Below are positions 1-10,300 of a DNA stretch of 25,703 nt, one piece after another. The notes under the pieces were generated by a model that did not search any database, was not told the DNA's origin, and saw nothing but the letters and a program-made list of their open reading frames with translations. The stretch is taken from NCBI GenBank assembly GCA_965178125.1, contig OZ237754.1, forward strand, positions 1,054,001-1,079,703, in the 5' to 3' direction. The first letter of the stretch is position 1. Each line of letters starts with the position of its first letter. The DNA comes from Bilabrum cf. latius. Its lineage: Eukaryota. The position numbers and the translations under genes were made by a program.

Positions 1-1116
1 GATCTCCTGGGACACAAACACCCAGTCCAGGTCCCCGTTCTCATCGAGTACTACGCGGGGCCTCTCGTTGTTCGCGGACGGGTGTGGCGGCCCGATGAGC
101 TTGGAGGACCACCCCCACTGCAGCCCGTCGGGGGACCACCCGTGCGTCAGGTCGGGGGCCGAGTGCAGCAGCAGGTGGAACCCTCGCCTGCCGCGGTACA
201 GCACGGGGTCCTCCGTGAGCACCTTGCCATTGCCCACGGGGACAGAGCCGTTCACGCCGGCGAGAGGCACCCAGCTGTAGCCCTCGCTCCAGTGCTGCGC
301 TCGGTACAGGAAGATGTTGTGGTACACCTGCCTGGTGCCGTTGGGGAAGCGGCCCGCGTCCTTGCCCCGGGCCACCATCAGCGTGGTGCCGTTGGGGAAC
401 ACGTACGGGGCTGGGTTGCTGGTGCCTGCATCAAATGGTAGTTTCTTTGTGGTCACGTTGATGCTGCCCGCGCTGGCCCACGGCCCGTCCAGCGACTTGC
501 TGTAGTGGATGTGCGTGATAGAGTTGCCGGGGCAGGAGGGGGCGGGCCATCCGGGTGGGGGGCGAATGCCTGTGCAGTTGGGCGTGATGCCTCCTTCGCA
601 TCCTTGAAAGTACGGGTTGCAAGAGTCGGGGTTGTCCCCTCCTCCGATGTGGTACAGCAGGTGCATCTTGTCGGAAGGACTGTATGTGTAGTATGCGTTG
701 TGAGCCTGGGTGCCCACGGCCACACCAACCTTCTGATAAGGGCCTTCAGGTCGATCAGCAACTGTGTGGGCAATCGTTGACATTCTCGCCCATGTGCACA
801 TGCCACAGCCAGCTGCAATTTCGGTCACATACAAATGGTACTTGGTCCCGTCGTAGACAGGAGGTCCGCCGCCCCAGCTGGACGATTTCGATACACCATG
901 ACCATAAACGACTTTTGGCGTGTTATCGAGGTTCAATATCTCGCAGGTGTCGCCTGTCCACCCCTTGTCACATTCGCAAGCACCCTGGTCGTTGCAAGCT
1001 CCGTTCAGGCTGCAGTCCATGTCAGTGCTGCATCCAGCGGCAACAACATGTGCTACCAGACTAAACGCTGCAACGACAAAGGCAGCTCCAGCTGGGATGC
1101 CCCCAGTGTTCCGCAT
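1..1116 (-). CDS. Secreted protein with an EGF-like Cys module and a GH43-like five-bladed beta-propeller glycoside hydrolase domain; 3'-partial, runs off the window
   Basis: Translated by hand because it is not in the ORF track. ATG at 1116, 372 codons with no stop. Signal-like MRNTGGIPAGAAFVVAAFSLVAHVVAAG, EGF-like CSTDMDCSLNGACNDQGACECDKGWTGDTC, then SSWGGG..YHLYVTEI..CGMCTW..S.IAH..EGPY, AHN, SNPAP, EDPVL and ERP motifs typical of eukaryotic GH43-like propeller proteins. Confidence 0.8.
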   Translation of the reverse strand, partial: MRNTGGIPAGAAFVVAAFSLVAHVVAAGCSTDMDCSLNGACNDQGACECDKGWTGDTCEILNLDNTPKVVYGHGVSKSSSWGGGPPVYDGTKYHLYVTEIAAGCGMCTWARMSTIAHTVADRPEGPYQKVGVAVGTQAHNAYYTYSPSDKMHLLYHIGGGDNPDSCNPYFQGCEGGITPNCTGIRPPPGWPAPSCPGNSITHIHYSKSLDGPWASAGSINVTTKKLPFDAGTSNPAPYVFPNGTTLMVARGKDAGRFPNGTRQVYHNIFLYRAQHWSEGYSWVPLAGVNGSVPVGNGKVLTEDPVLYRGRRGFHLLLHSAPDLTHGWSPDGLQWGWSSKLIGPPHPSANNERPRVVLDENGDLDWVFVSQEI

Positions 1117-1251
1117 GAAGCCAAGTACACTGGTAGTACGGAAGGAGAGGTCCCGTCGCTCGCGATTTCACGAAAACCGGAAACATTTCTTAAAGTACGG
1201 TGCACTTTTACATGCCCGTTTCGCTCCGGGCTTCCAACAAGCGGCTCTACG
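1117..1251. promoter_or_regulatory. Putative compact bidirectional promoter between the GH43-like gene and IFT52
   Basis: 135 bp between divergent ATGs at 1116 (-) and 1252 (+). Inferred from position only. Confidence 0.45.
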
Positions 1252-3585
1252 ATGTCGTCTTCTACTGCTACTAAGGTATGGTACTTCATCGTTAGCGTGT
1301 GTTTGGGTTAGCCGGATTAAGGCTGCTAGAGTTCTTTGTGTTAGACACTTCTTGCATCCCACACGCAGGTTGCTGGCTCGCTGCCACTAATGATGTTCGA
1401 TGCCGGCAAGAAAGAAGCTGGGGCCGCATCGATGCGAAAGTTTGCTCGACGGTTGAAGGCGACATGTAGATTAGCGCCGTGAGTTCACGCCCTGTGTCCT
1501 GCGTACGAGCCTGTGGTGCCGTCCGTTGGATTGCAGCTCCGGAAAAGAAATGCCTAAGAGAGCATCACTGTGCATAAGTGCGATTTCTGCATGGCACATT
1601 GTCATTAACCTATACTAATCTGTCGCTCGGCCCGGGGAAGATTAATTGGGAAGGCCAGCAACTTCTCATGTCGCTGCCCACTTTCGCAAATTCTCATCGC
1701 AGCTCGAAGAACGAAATATCCTCTGAGGTTCTCAAAAACGTGTCCGTGTTCGTATTAGCATGCCCTAGGTCAAAGCTTTCGGCTGCAGAAATCTCAAGCT
1801 TGCATGAATTCGTTGGGAGGGGCGGATCGCTGCTGGTCCTGTCTGGCGAAGGCGGTGACAAATCTCACGATACCAACTTGAATGAAATTACGGAGCCGCT
1901 TGGTGTAAAGATCAACTCTGATGTAGTACTTCGTGCCTCATTCCACCAGTTTTTACATCCCAAGGAATGTATCGTCAGCGGAGGAGTGGTGGACGAGGGG
2001 CTGCAGGCGGCCGTATCGCGTCTATCCCGCCGAGGAGGACTCGAATTTATGTGAGATAACACGCAACCAGTGTGCCTACATAATTGCGCCATGCTTCCTC
2101 CCTGTGCTGCTCGCCCTAACCTCGCCTACGATCCCCGAACGCACTGCACCCCTCGCTGCTCGCAGCCCCAAGACAGCGGCCGAGGCAGACGAGAGCAGAG
2201 CTGATGCAGCCACGTAGTCGTAGCAGACATTTGTGTTCCCCCGAGGCGCCACGCTGCAGGTGAAGGCGTCCACGGAGGTGCACGGGGCGCAGGCCACACC
2301 GCTGCTGACCTCTGGACTCGTGGCCTACCCGCTGCACCAGCCCACCGCGGCCCTCATCCAGGTCAGGGCAAGGACCAGAGCAGAGGAATTCAGGGGAGGC
2401 GGAGAGGAGGACGAAGAGGAGGACGGGCCCAGCAGTGGGGCGGGCGACGCGAGCCCAGGAGGCGGTGCCTCGTCGTCTAGCAGCAGCAGCAGCCGTCCGA
2501 CAGCGGGCCGAGTGGCTGTGCTGGGCTCTTGGGAGATGCTTGCGGATGCGTACATTGGCAAGAACAGCAATGCGGCAATGGCAGACGCCATCACTCGCTG
2601 GCTGCTGAAAGACCCCGCGGTGAAGCTCGCAGACCCTGGCAGCATCACCGGCTGGGCGGCGGGGGGGGAGGACGAGTCGAGGGGGGGCGGGGCCCGGGGG
2701 AAGGGCGCGGACAGGCGAAGGGGCAGGAAGACCGGGCATGCGGGCGCGCGAGGCAGGGGAGGCGCGGCTGCAAGCGGCTCCACGCCCGCAGGCCTGGGTC
2801 AGGACGGGCAGGAGGAGATCCCCAAGCGGCTGTACCTGCCCGACACAGAGTCGCTCGCGGAGAGGTTGCGGCCTTGCCTGCAGGAATCCGAGCAGCTGCC
2901 CCGGGATGTGCACCGCCTCTTCGACAACGAGCTGTTCGGGTTCTCCCTGCGGCGAGTCCCCGAGGCAGTTGCCATGTACGACAAGCTGGGTGTCAAGCAC
3001 GAGCCTCTGTCCCTCATCCCCCCGTAGTTCGAGACGCCCCTGCCACCCCTCAAGCCGGCCGTGTTCCCACCCACGCTGCGGGAGCCCCCTCCGCCGGCCC
3101 TGGAGCTGTTCGATTTGGACGAGCACTTCGCCAGCGAGAGGATTCGGCTTGCGCAGCTGTGCAACAAGTGTGATTAGTCCACCTCCTCCAAGTCGGGCGG
3201 TGGGTCCTCCTCGTCTGCTTCCTCCCGCGGGGGGCGCGTGGACGAAAAGGACCTGGACTACTTCATCCGGGAGGCGGCCGATATCGTGGGTGTCACCCAG
3301 CAGCTGCCGGCGGACCAGCGAACGGCAAGGCACGCGCTGTGCTACGTGGCGCAGGCCTTGATTCGATTGCGCAAGCTGCATCACGACGCGGACGAACCAC
3401 CCCTGCTTGGCGCCAGGAGCGACACCGCCGGGGGCAGCGGGCAGGGCGCGGCGGACGGTGCTGGCGGCATCGGGTCGCTTTACAAGAGCGCAGTGGCAAC
3501 CGCGCAGACCACTGGTGCGGCAGGCATGGGACCCGCTGTTGCAGCAGGATTTAGCAGTCCAGGGAAGGGCAAGAGTGGGAAGTGA
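1252..3585 (+). CDS. IFT52: Intraflagellar transport protein 52 (IFT-B); 4 exons (1252-1275, 1369-1478, 1703-2050, 2166-3585), ~633 aa, 4 in-frame TAG read as sense
   Basis: Conserved blocks MFDAGKKE, GGSLLVLSGEGG..DTNLN, HPKE, TFVFPRGATLQV, LLTSGLVAYPLHQP, YLPDTESLAERLRPCLQE, PP*FETPLPPLKPAVFPPTLREPPPPALELFDLDEHFASE..RLAQLCNKC and DLDYFIRE. GT..AG introns keep phase (1276-1368, 1479-1702, 2051-2165). In-frame TAG at 2215, 2221, 3025 and 3175; ends TGA 3583-3585. Exon 1 is the least certain. Confidence 0.93.
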
Positions 3586-3880
3586 TTGCTTACAGCGTAG
3601 GTTCGAAAACTCGTCCTGACTGGTTTTCAGTCGCAGGCACAACTATGTGGCACCAAGTCTACCGGTGCAATCAACTGGGTGGATGAAGCTCGCAATACAC
3701 ATTCCCCTCAATTGTTCGCAGTTGTGTCTTAAAGCGCTGTTTTGGTGCAGTCTGGATCACAGATCGACCGTCATCCTATGCAGTGACAAAAATGTTGGCA
3801 TACACCTTAGCTCTTTCTTAGCACAAAAGAATGCCAAGTTCCCTACACCCAACACCGACCTCCCCAATCCATAGAAAAGG

Positions 3881-4064
3881 ATGCCCACCGACCTCCATCC
3901 GCCGCACCCAACACTGACCTCCCCAATGCCCACCGACCTCCATCCGCCGCACCTAACACCGACCTCCCCAATGCCCACCGACCTCCATCCGCCGGACCCA
4001 ACACCGACCTCCCCGACAACCTACCGACCTCCATCCGCCGCACCAAACACTGACCTCCCCAACA
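3881..4064 (+). repeat. Telomere-adjacent ~45-bp tandem repeat, ~4 copies
   Basis: Unit ~atgcccaccgacctccatccgccgcacccaacaccgacctcccca, directly abutting the first TTAGGG block. Confidence 0.85.
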
Positions 4065-4066
4065 CT

Positions 4067-4156
4067 TTAGGGTTAGGGTTAGGGTTAGGGTTAGGGTTAG
4101 GGTTAGGGTTAGGGTTAGGGTTAGGGTTAGGGTTAGGGTTAGGGTTAGGGTTAGGG
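4067..4156 (+). repeat. (TTAGGG)15 telomeric repeat, block 1
   Basis: Perfect TTAGGG array. Confidence 0.98.
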
Positions 4157-4244
4157 TATCTGGGGGTCATGTTAGGATCGGGGCACGCCCTTTTTTGGAC
4201 CAAAAATAAAAACGCCGCACATTATATATATTCAGATAGCCCTT
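4157..4244 (+). repeat. Telomere-associated 88-bp unit A, copy 1
   Basis: tatctgggggtcatgttaggatcggggcacgccc...cagatagccctt. Recurs at 4796-4883 (variant) and 15413-15500. Confidence 0.92.
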
Positions 4245-4466
4245 GATCGGGAGAGTTGATTTATGGTTGGTTGGCGGCACTCATTTCCAATATTGAGCGA
4301 GATATGGGGAGGTTTCGGGTCACCAGTTGAGCGGATGATTTTGGCAGGTCGTTTTAGGCATGTTCAAAGACGAGTGGCCGTTTGATTGTCTAGGTGGTTA
4401 TCAGACATGGCCAACAATATGGTATGCATAGCTTGTGTGCCCTGGTTGGGCATTCGCGGCGCCTTT

Positions 4467-4795
4467 TTAGGGTTAGGGTTAGGTTAGGGTTAGGGTTAGG
4501 GTTAGGGTTAGGGTTAGGGTTAGGGTTAGGGTTAGGGTTAGGGTTAGGGTTAGGGTTAGGGTTAGGGTTAGGGTTAGGGTTAGGGTTAGGGTTAGGGTTA
4601 GGGTTAGGGTTAGGGTTAGGGTTAGGGTTAGGGTTAGGGTTAGGGTTAGGGTTAGGGTTAGGGTTAGGGTTAGGGTTAGGGTTAGGGTTAGGGTTAGGGT
4701 TAGGGTTAGGGTTAGGGTTAGGGTTAGGGTTAGGGTTAGGGTTAGGGTTAGGGTTAGGGTTAGGGTTAGGGTTAGGGTTAGGGTTAGGGTTAGGG
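4467..4795 (+). repeat. (TTAGGG)n telomeric repeat, block 2
   Basis: TTAGGG array with one TTAGG variant near its start. Confidence 0.98.
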
Positions 4796-4883
4796 TATCT
4801 GGGGGTCATGTTAGGATCGGGGCACGCCCATTTTTGCACCAAAAAATAAACCGTCGCACATTATATATATTTAGATAGCCCTT
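4796..4883 (+). repeat. Telomere-associated unit A, copy 2 (diverged)
   Basis: Same ends as copy 1 with several internal differences (cccatttttgcaccaaaaaataaaccgtcgc). Confidence 0.9.
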
Positions 4884-4903
4884 GATGCGTAGATATCCGT
4901 AAA

Positions 4904-5119
4904 AGGGTTAGGGTTAGGGTTAGGTTAGGGTTAGGGTTAGGGTTAGGGTTAGGGTTAGGGTTAGGGTTAGGGTTAGGGTTAGGGTTAGGGTTAGGGTTAG
5001 GGTTAGGGTTAGGGTTAGGGTTAGGGTTAGGGTTAGGGTTAGGGTTAGGGTTAGGGTTAGGGTTAGGGTTAGGGTTAGGGTTAGGGTTAGGGTTAGGGTT
5101 AGGGTTAGGGTTAGGGTTA
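4904..5119 (+). repeat. (TTAGGG)n telomeric repeat, block 3
   Basis: TTAGGG array with one TTAGG variant. Confidence 0.98.
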
Positions 5120-5247
5120 CAGTACCATCTCAGGGAAGGGTAAGGCGCCGCGAAAGTTGACATGTTCCGCAGAAGTTGACATGTTCCGCAAAGACGGCGG
5201 TGCCGCGCAGTGTCGAAGTGGTCGCAAGATCGCACTGAGGCGGATCT
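5120..5247 (+). repeat. Telomere-associated 128-bp unit B, copy 1
   Basis: cagtaccatctcagggaagggtaagg...gaggcggatct, containing aagttgacatgttccgca twice. Recurs at 15966-16093. Confidence 0.92.
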
Positions 5248-6194
5248 GGGCCAGTTGCAAGGATGCAAGCAGTCGGCAAGAGGTGCAAGTGATTGGCAAT
5301 GCATATTTGGTGTTTGATTATGTGTGTCTGCTTGGTTTGCAATGAATCTCGGCCGCGGTCTCCTCGGCAGTGCGGCCCGTGGGTGACGAGCACCCAGGGG
5401 GCTGCACGGGATGGACGCCCACCCGGCGAGTCTGGACCAAACCGCGTCGTGCAAATTGGGTTTGCCAAGGAGGTGTGCCCTGCTGTGTTTCGCCCGCGAG
5501 AATAGGGGGTTGTCTCCCCGTCGGGCAGGTGCTCCATCCAGCTCGCCCGTCCGTGACTGAGACAGCACGGGCCGCGACAAGTGCGCGAGCCCGGGGATCA
5601 AGTCAGCGGCCGATGGCAGCGAGCCGGCATGAAGCGCGTGCACGAGGAGCTTGCGCTCCCCATGCACTGCCTGCCCCACCTCATTGCGGATCTGGGACAT
5701 CAGGTTCATCGTGTTGCCACACACACCTCCACACTCGACGATCGGATCTACAGAGACACCTGTCCCGGGATGCTGCTCCTCGTCATTGGCCTGCTCCTTC
5801 TCGCCCCGGGGGCACGCGCTGCCTCGAAGCACGCACCCGCGCTCCCGCCCGACTCAAGGACTAAGTGCTGGGAGGGTGCGCGGGCAGCCGCGTGAGAGGA
5901 TGACGGGCGTGCCGCCGAAGGCCGAGTCCAGGAGCTGGGGACGGGACGCATCATTGGGACTGCCCTGAAGAGACCAAAGAATCAACCGCCATCCGTACGG
6001 ATCCCTATACGGTTGGCCGGTCTGACTCTCTGCTCGCCCACCGCACGGATCTGCTCAGTTCCATGCAATGTTTGCCAGAAGCGGCGAGAGGGTCTCATCA
6101 GCACAGGTGGGTCCTAAAGGCTGCCTGCAATGCATAGGAAAAGAATGAAACGATTGAAAACAAATTTATAGCCCCTCGATGCATGGCAGCATAC

Positions 6195-6574
6195 CTGAGT
6201 GCTGTCATGAAAACTGGACAACGCACAAGCACGTCAGCAGACCAGCGACCTTCCCATTCAGATGCCAGAACCTAACACAAATACAAAGCAAACAAACTGA
6301 ATGAATACAATAGAATCAAAATACCTGGCGGTTGTTGTACTCGGGCTATGCGGTACCTAGCTGTTCTGTCTGCAAACGCCATCGCGCGCCCCAAGGAGAC
6401 GAGACCAAAGCAGAGCCACAGCAGCATTCCACCTTGAACACACAACGATGTATGGCAGTAAATGGTAATTAACATGAATCCCAACAGCCCCCAGGACAGT
6501 TGAGCCGGTCTGTGGCGCGGAGAGGTGTGGTTGCGCCAGAATCCACAAACGGTCGCGAACAGCGGAACCAGCAT
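6195..6574 (-). CDS. Possible exon of a hydrophobic membrane protein; boundaries uncertain
   Basis: ORF 6272-6574 has TM-like stretches and reads on through TAG 6272 (LYLC*VLASEWEGRWSADVLVRC) to a donor ag|gtatgc at 6194, followed by a pyrimidine tract and ttgcag acceptor at 6125. No homology recognised. Confidence 0.3.
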
Positions 6575-7313
6575 GCCGCGGCGCGGCGTCTGAGCTTCAC
6601 GATGCAGCCAGACTCAGCAGTGTATACGGTCAATCTCGTCATTGTTTCAAGCAAGTTATTATTTCGTTGCACTTGATCATAGCTATCAGTTCGATTTATG
6701 CATTACTTGGGGGAATATTTGAGATTTGCTCACGTTAGCAGGTGCTCCAGCTGCCAGAAGTATACGAGAACCGTGCACAGCTTCGCGATTTGATAACGCT
6801 GGCGCATCATATTCATACATCAATTCAATCTAGTCTAATTCCACACGCTACGCAGCAGGCATCGCTGTCCTCCAGTTGACATGCTGAAGCCCCCACTGCT
6901 CCTCAGTGCCAGCCAGCACAAGCGACTTCCTTTGCTGACCAACTGACCGGCACCTCAGGCTACGATACTAAGTAGGTTTCAATGAAACATTTCGGCGGCA
7001 TCCTAGGACGGAATTGATAACCCGGACGTCGGAATCAGCCCACTGGCAGGCAGTCACCACAGCAAGTCAGGTCACCGGATGTGTCCGTGCACGATTGGGA
7101 TCAGTACGCTTTGTGGACCGCATCCCAACTCGATACATAAAGTCTTAGTACTTGTACAACAACCAATCTACGGAACGGAGTATGTGGCTTGGTACAACAT
7201 GTAGGACGACGTGTTGGAGGCAGCCCCATATATTGGTTTCCAGACCATTTCTAGAAAACTGTTCAGCATAGGTCGAATAGTACTTGCTCATAGCTAAACT
7301 CTTGTTCAATTTG

Positions 7314-10300
7314 TCAATCCCAATACGTGTCATGGTCCCAGTATACGTCGTCGAGGGCTGGAATGGAGATCCATTGCGGCGGATGGCCTGGAACCAGCGT
7401 CTCCACTTCACCACGAGCACCTGAGTAGGCATGCTCCAACGCTTCTGAGCCATGACTACGTAGGCTCGAACTTGACACGGGCGATATCGCCAAGCGTTGC
7501 TCGTCCTCCTCGTCTGCTCCTTCTGCCTCGCTAGATGCTGCAAGCCGCTGGATCCCCCTGGGTGCTGCTGCGGTGCCGCTCGAGGAACCCTAGGGCGGTG
7601 CCAGACCAGCCAATGCTGCACGTTTCCTTGCGTCTATGCCTAGTGACGACTGCAATGTAAACGCGTCACCACCACTCCCAGCTCCACTGGATGCTGGCCG
7701 CCCAGACTGGTAGTTGCCAATTGCCGGAGGCTTGAAACCACCGTCACTGACAGCTCCCGACGTTCCGGTCAGTGAAGCTATTGGGATGTCTGGCCGCCGG
7801 AAGCGCTTCTTGGAACGCGGCATTTCATCATGCTCTTCATCACTGTGTTCGGAGGGCCATTGCTGGCTTGCATGGTTCTCCATGACAGGACTCAATGATG
7901 CTGAAGGCTACTGCGTTGATGCGCTGGTAGCCCCGATGTCTTCACCAGAGCAAGCACGCCGGAACAAATCGGGCGTATCGTTGGGCAGCGCGGGATAACT
8001 TTCCCTGGTTGCCTGCCATATCCTATATCTGTGGATCCTCTTTAGACGTTCCTGACCGCCAATGATGCGAGCGACTTCCGTGCGAGCAGCATGCACAATC
8101 TTTAAGTCGTCCTGCATGCAGATTCGTAGGTCTCCCTTGCCCGCCAACTTGTTGTACGGAGCATCCGAAAGTGCAGGCACGGTGAATGGAGCTGCTTGCA
8201 GGTCCACGCACAGGCCTGCGCCATGGTAGCATACATCGATCACCCGCCTGAGAGACCCATCTGGTCGGTTCAAGGTTCCCTGAAACGTCTGCTTGTCACC
8301 AAACCTTGGAATCTGCCACTTGCCATGCTCCACCATGAACTCTTCGACGCGCTGGGCAACAATGACGGCAGGCTATGCGGATGCTGGAGGTGGCCCAACC
8401 ACCACGGTCGGTCCATCCTCCGCGTCTGGTGCTTGATCACCTCTCGGTCGCTTGATTCCAGGCAGCTAAGTTCGCTGTATACGGTCTGGTAGCAATGTTG
8501 CAGATCCAATTACGCAAGCTGGAAGCAGCCATTGGGACAGCATGCTGCGGAACTGCTCGTCTGCTACTGATGGCTGTCCTTGCGGCCTGGTGCTCACAAC
8601 GGCTCGCAGCAGAGCCGCGACATACGACGTCTTTACTGAGGATTCCGCAGGAAGCGTGCGCTGCATGGTTGGGGACTCTGTCGTCAGAACGGCAACAGGA
8701 AGGCCAGACGCTCGAGCAGAGGACTTGGTAGCGTAATCTGCCCTGAAATTGCCTGCATTCGTCGACCCGCGCCACATGGCAGCCGCGGTGGGGTACGGGC
8801 AGACTGCTGTCTTCGATATGCACGACCTCAGACCCACCAAGATCGAGCTCCTCGAGCACTTCAATCGAGACACAAGCTGCCCGTACAGTGCTACAGCCAG
8901 ACTACCCCTTGCTAGCATTCCCTTCCGTGTGCCGTTGCGTAGGTGGAGCTTTGGCAAATGCAACTGTGCCAGATACAGCTTCCTGAGCTCCATCTCAATC
9001 GTGATAGCAACGTTGATACCGGTCAGCGCCCGCATGTCATAGACTAGCTAGCACCGAACAGGAAGTTTGTCTAGAATGGCCGCCACAACGTCAGCTCGTA
9101 CCATTGCGCGAAATCCTGCGACCCCGCTATTGACACCACTAATCCCCATCCTAAACTGCTCGCTATCGTGCGCCGACACAAGCCCACAGAGGGCATATTG
9201 CGTGGACCTCCTGGCCACTTGCCATGTCATTCCGTTGCACTCTGCTACGGCGCAAAGGCTCCAAGACGTAACTATGATTTCACATACGGCTAAAACCGTC
9301 CACGAGTTCAGGCGCGAGCCGTGGCCGTCCCCAGCGCGAACGGAATGCACGGCACTGGCAACTTGATCGACGATTGCTGCTGCGACTGCAACAACAGCAG
9401 ATTGCTCTGGCATGCACCCAGATGACTGCAGACAGTCGCGGACGACCTGCCACTCAATTGTAGCAGGTCCAAGGTTGCGCAGGACAGGCCTTGTTGCAGG
9501 TAGCCATGTCACAGCAGTTTGTTCTGCAACAACCTGCGACCATGCATCCGTTCGTAAAGCCACCCATCCTTCTAAGCAACACCGGGACATTGATGCCGCT
9601 AGCGCCCACATTGCAGAACGTTGGAATGTCGGAATCCTGTCAGAACCGCAGACAGATGCCACAAGCAACCTCTGGATCCTTTGGAGGGCTCGATTGAAAG
9701 TAGTGTAAACCAACTGTATGTAGTCCTCCATGACATCGTCATGCACGACTTCTATGAAATGGCGTGCGAAAGGAGCTTCAGAATACTCTTCAGTAGTCTA
9801 GGCGCGGTGCTCAGGGCGCTGCTGCTAGTAGATTGCTTCAGCTGGTAGCATCACGCAGCCCAGCATCAAGGCCATGGTTGATGCGGGCACGTCGAATTCG
9901 CCTCGCGTTGACCCTTTCAGGCCTTTCGACAGCCTTTGCATGCTTTGTTCGTATGCTGTTTGAAGCCCACACTGTATATGCCTGCGAATTGGCAGTGTCT
10001 CGAGTGCTCCACTAGCAGCTGCGACATCTCTACCTCGCGCAACGGGTGCAACTGCTCTTTGTGCGTCTGTCTCAGCAGAGTGGCGCAGCCTGGAGAGAAC
10101 ACGCCGCCGAAATAGATCATGCGCGGAATCGTGCGTCCCTGGACTTGGCTATTGGGATCGGAACGCTCCGGGCTGATACACGTGCAACTACGACGACAGC
10201 AGGCAGCCAAATGGCAGGAAGGACGATATACCCCCGTCGTCACTGGTTGCATGCGCGGTATCCTTGGCAAGTACACGCTGGTGTATTGCAGCGATGTCAC

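Noticed and set aside
68-1390. Plus-strand ORFs listed in the track
   Set aside because: They are antisense shadows of the GH43-like gene on the minus strand.
2215-3177. Pyrrolysine insertion or leaky readthrough at TAG
   Set aside because: Pyrrolysine is not known in eukaryotes, and leaky readthrough could not sustain dozens of TAG codons in one gene.
2116-3642. 508-aa minus-strand ORF
   Set aside because: GC-rich antisense shadow of IFT52.
4021-5119. ORFs with (LG)n or (PN)n repeats, also at 15224-16572
   Set aside because: They are translations of TTAGGG/CCCTAA arrays, not proteins.
4067-5247. CRISPR-like repeat-spacer appearance
   Set aside because: The repeats are telomeric hexamers of variable length, the spacers recur, and no cas genes are present.
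5248-6120. Overlapping GC-rich ORFs next to unit B
   Set aside because: Possibly coding, but no frame could be chosen by homology or clear gene structure.
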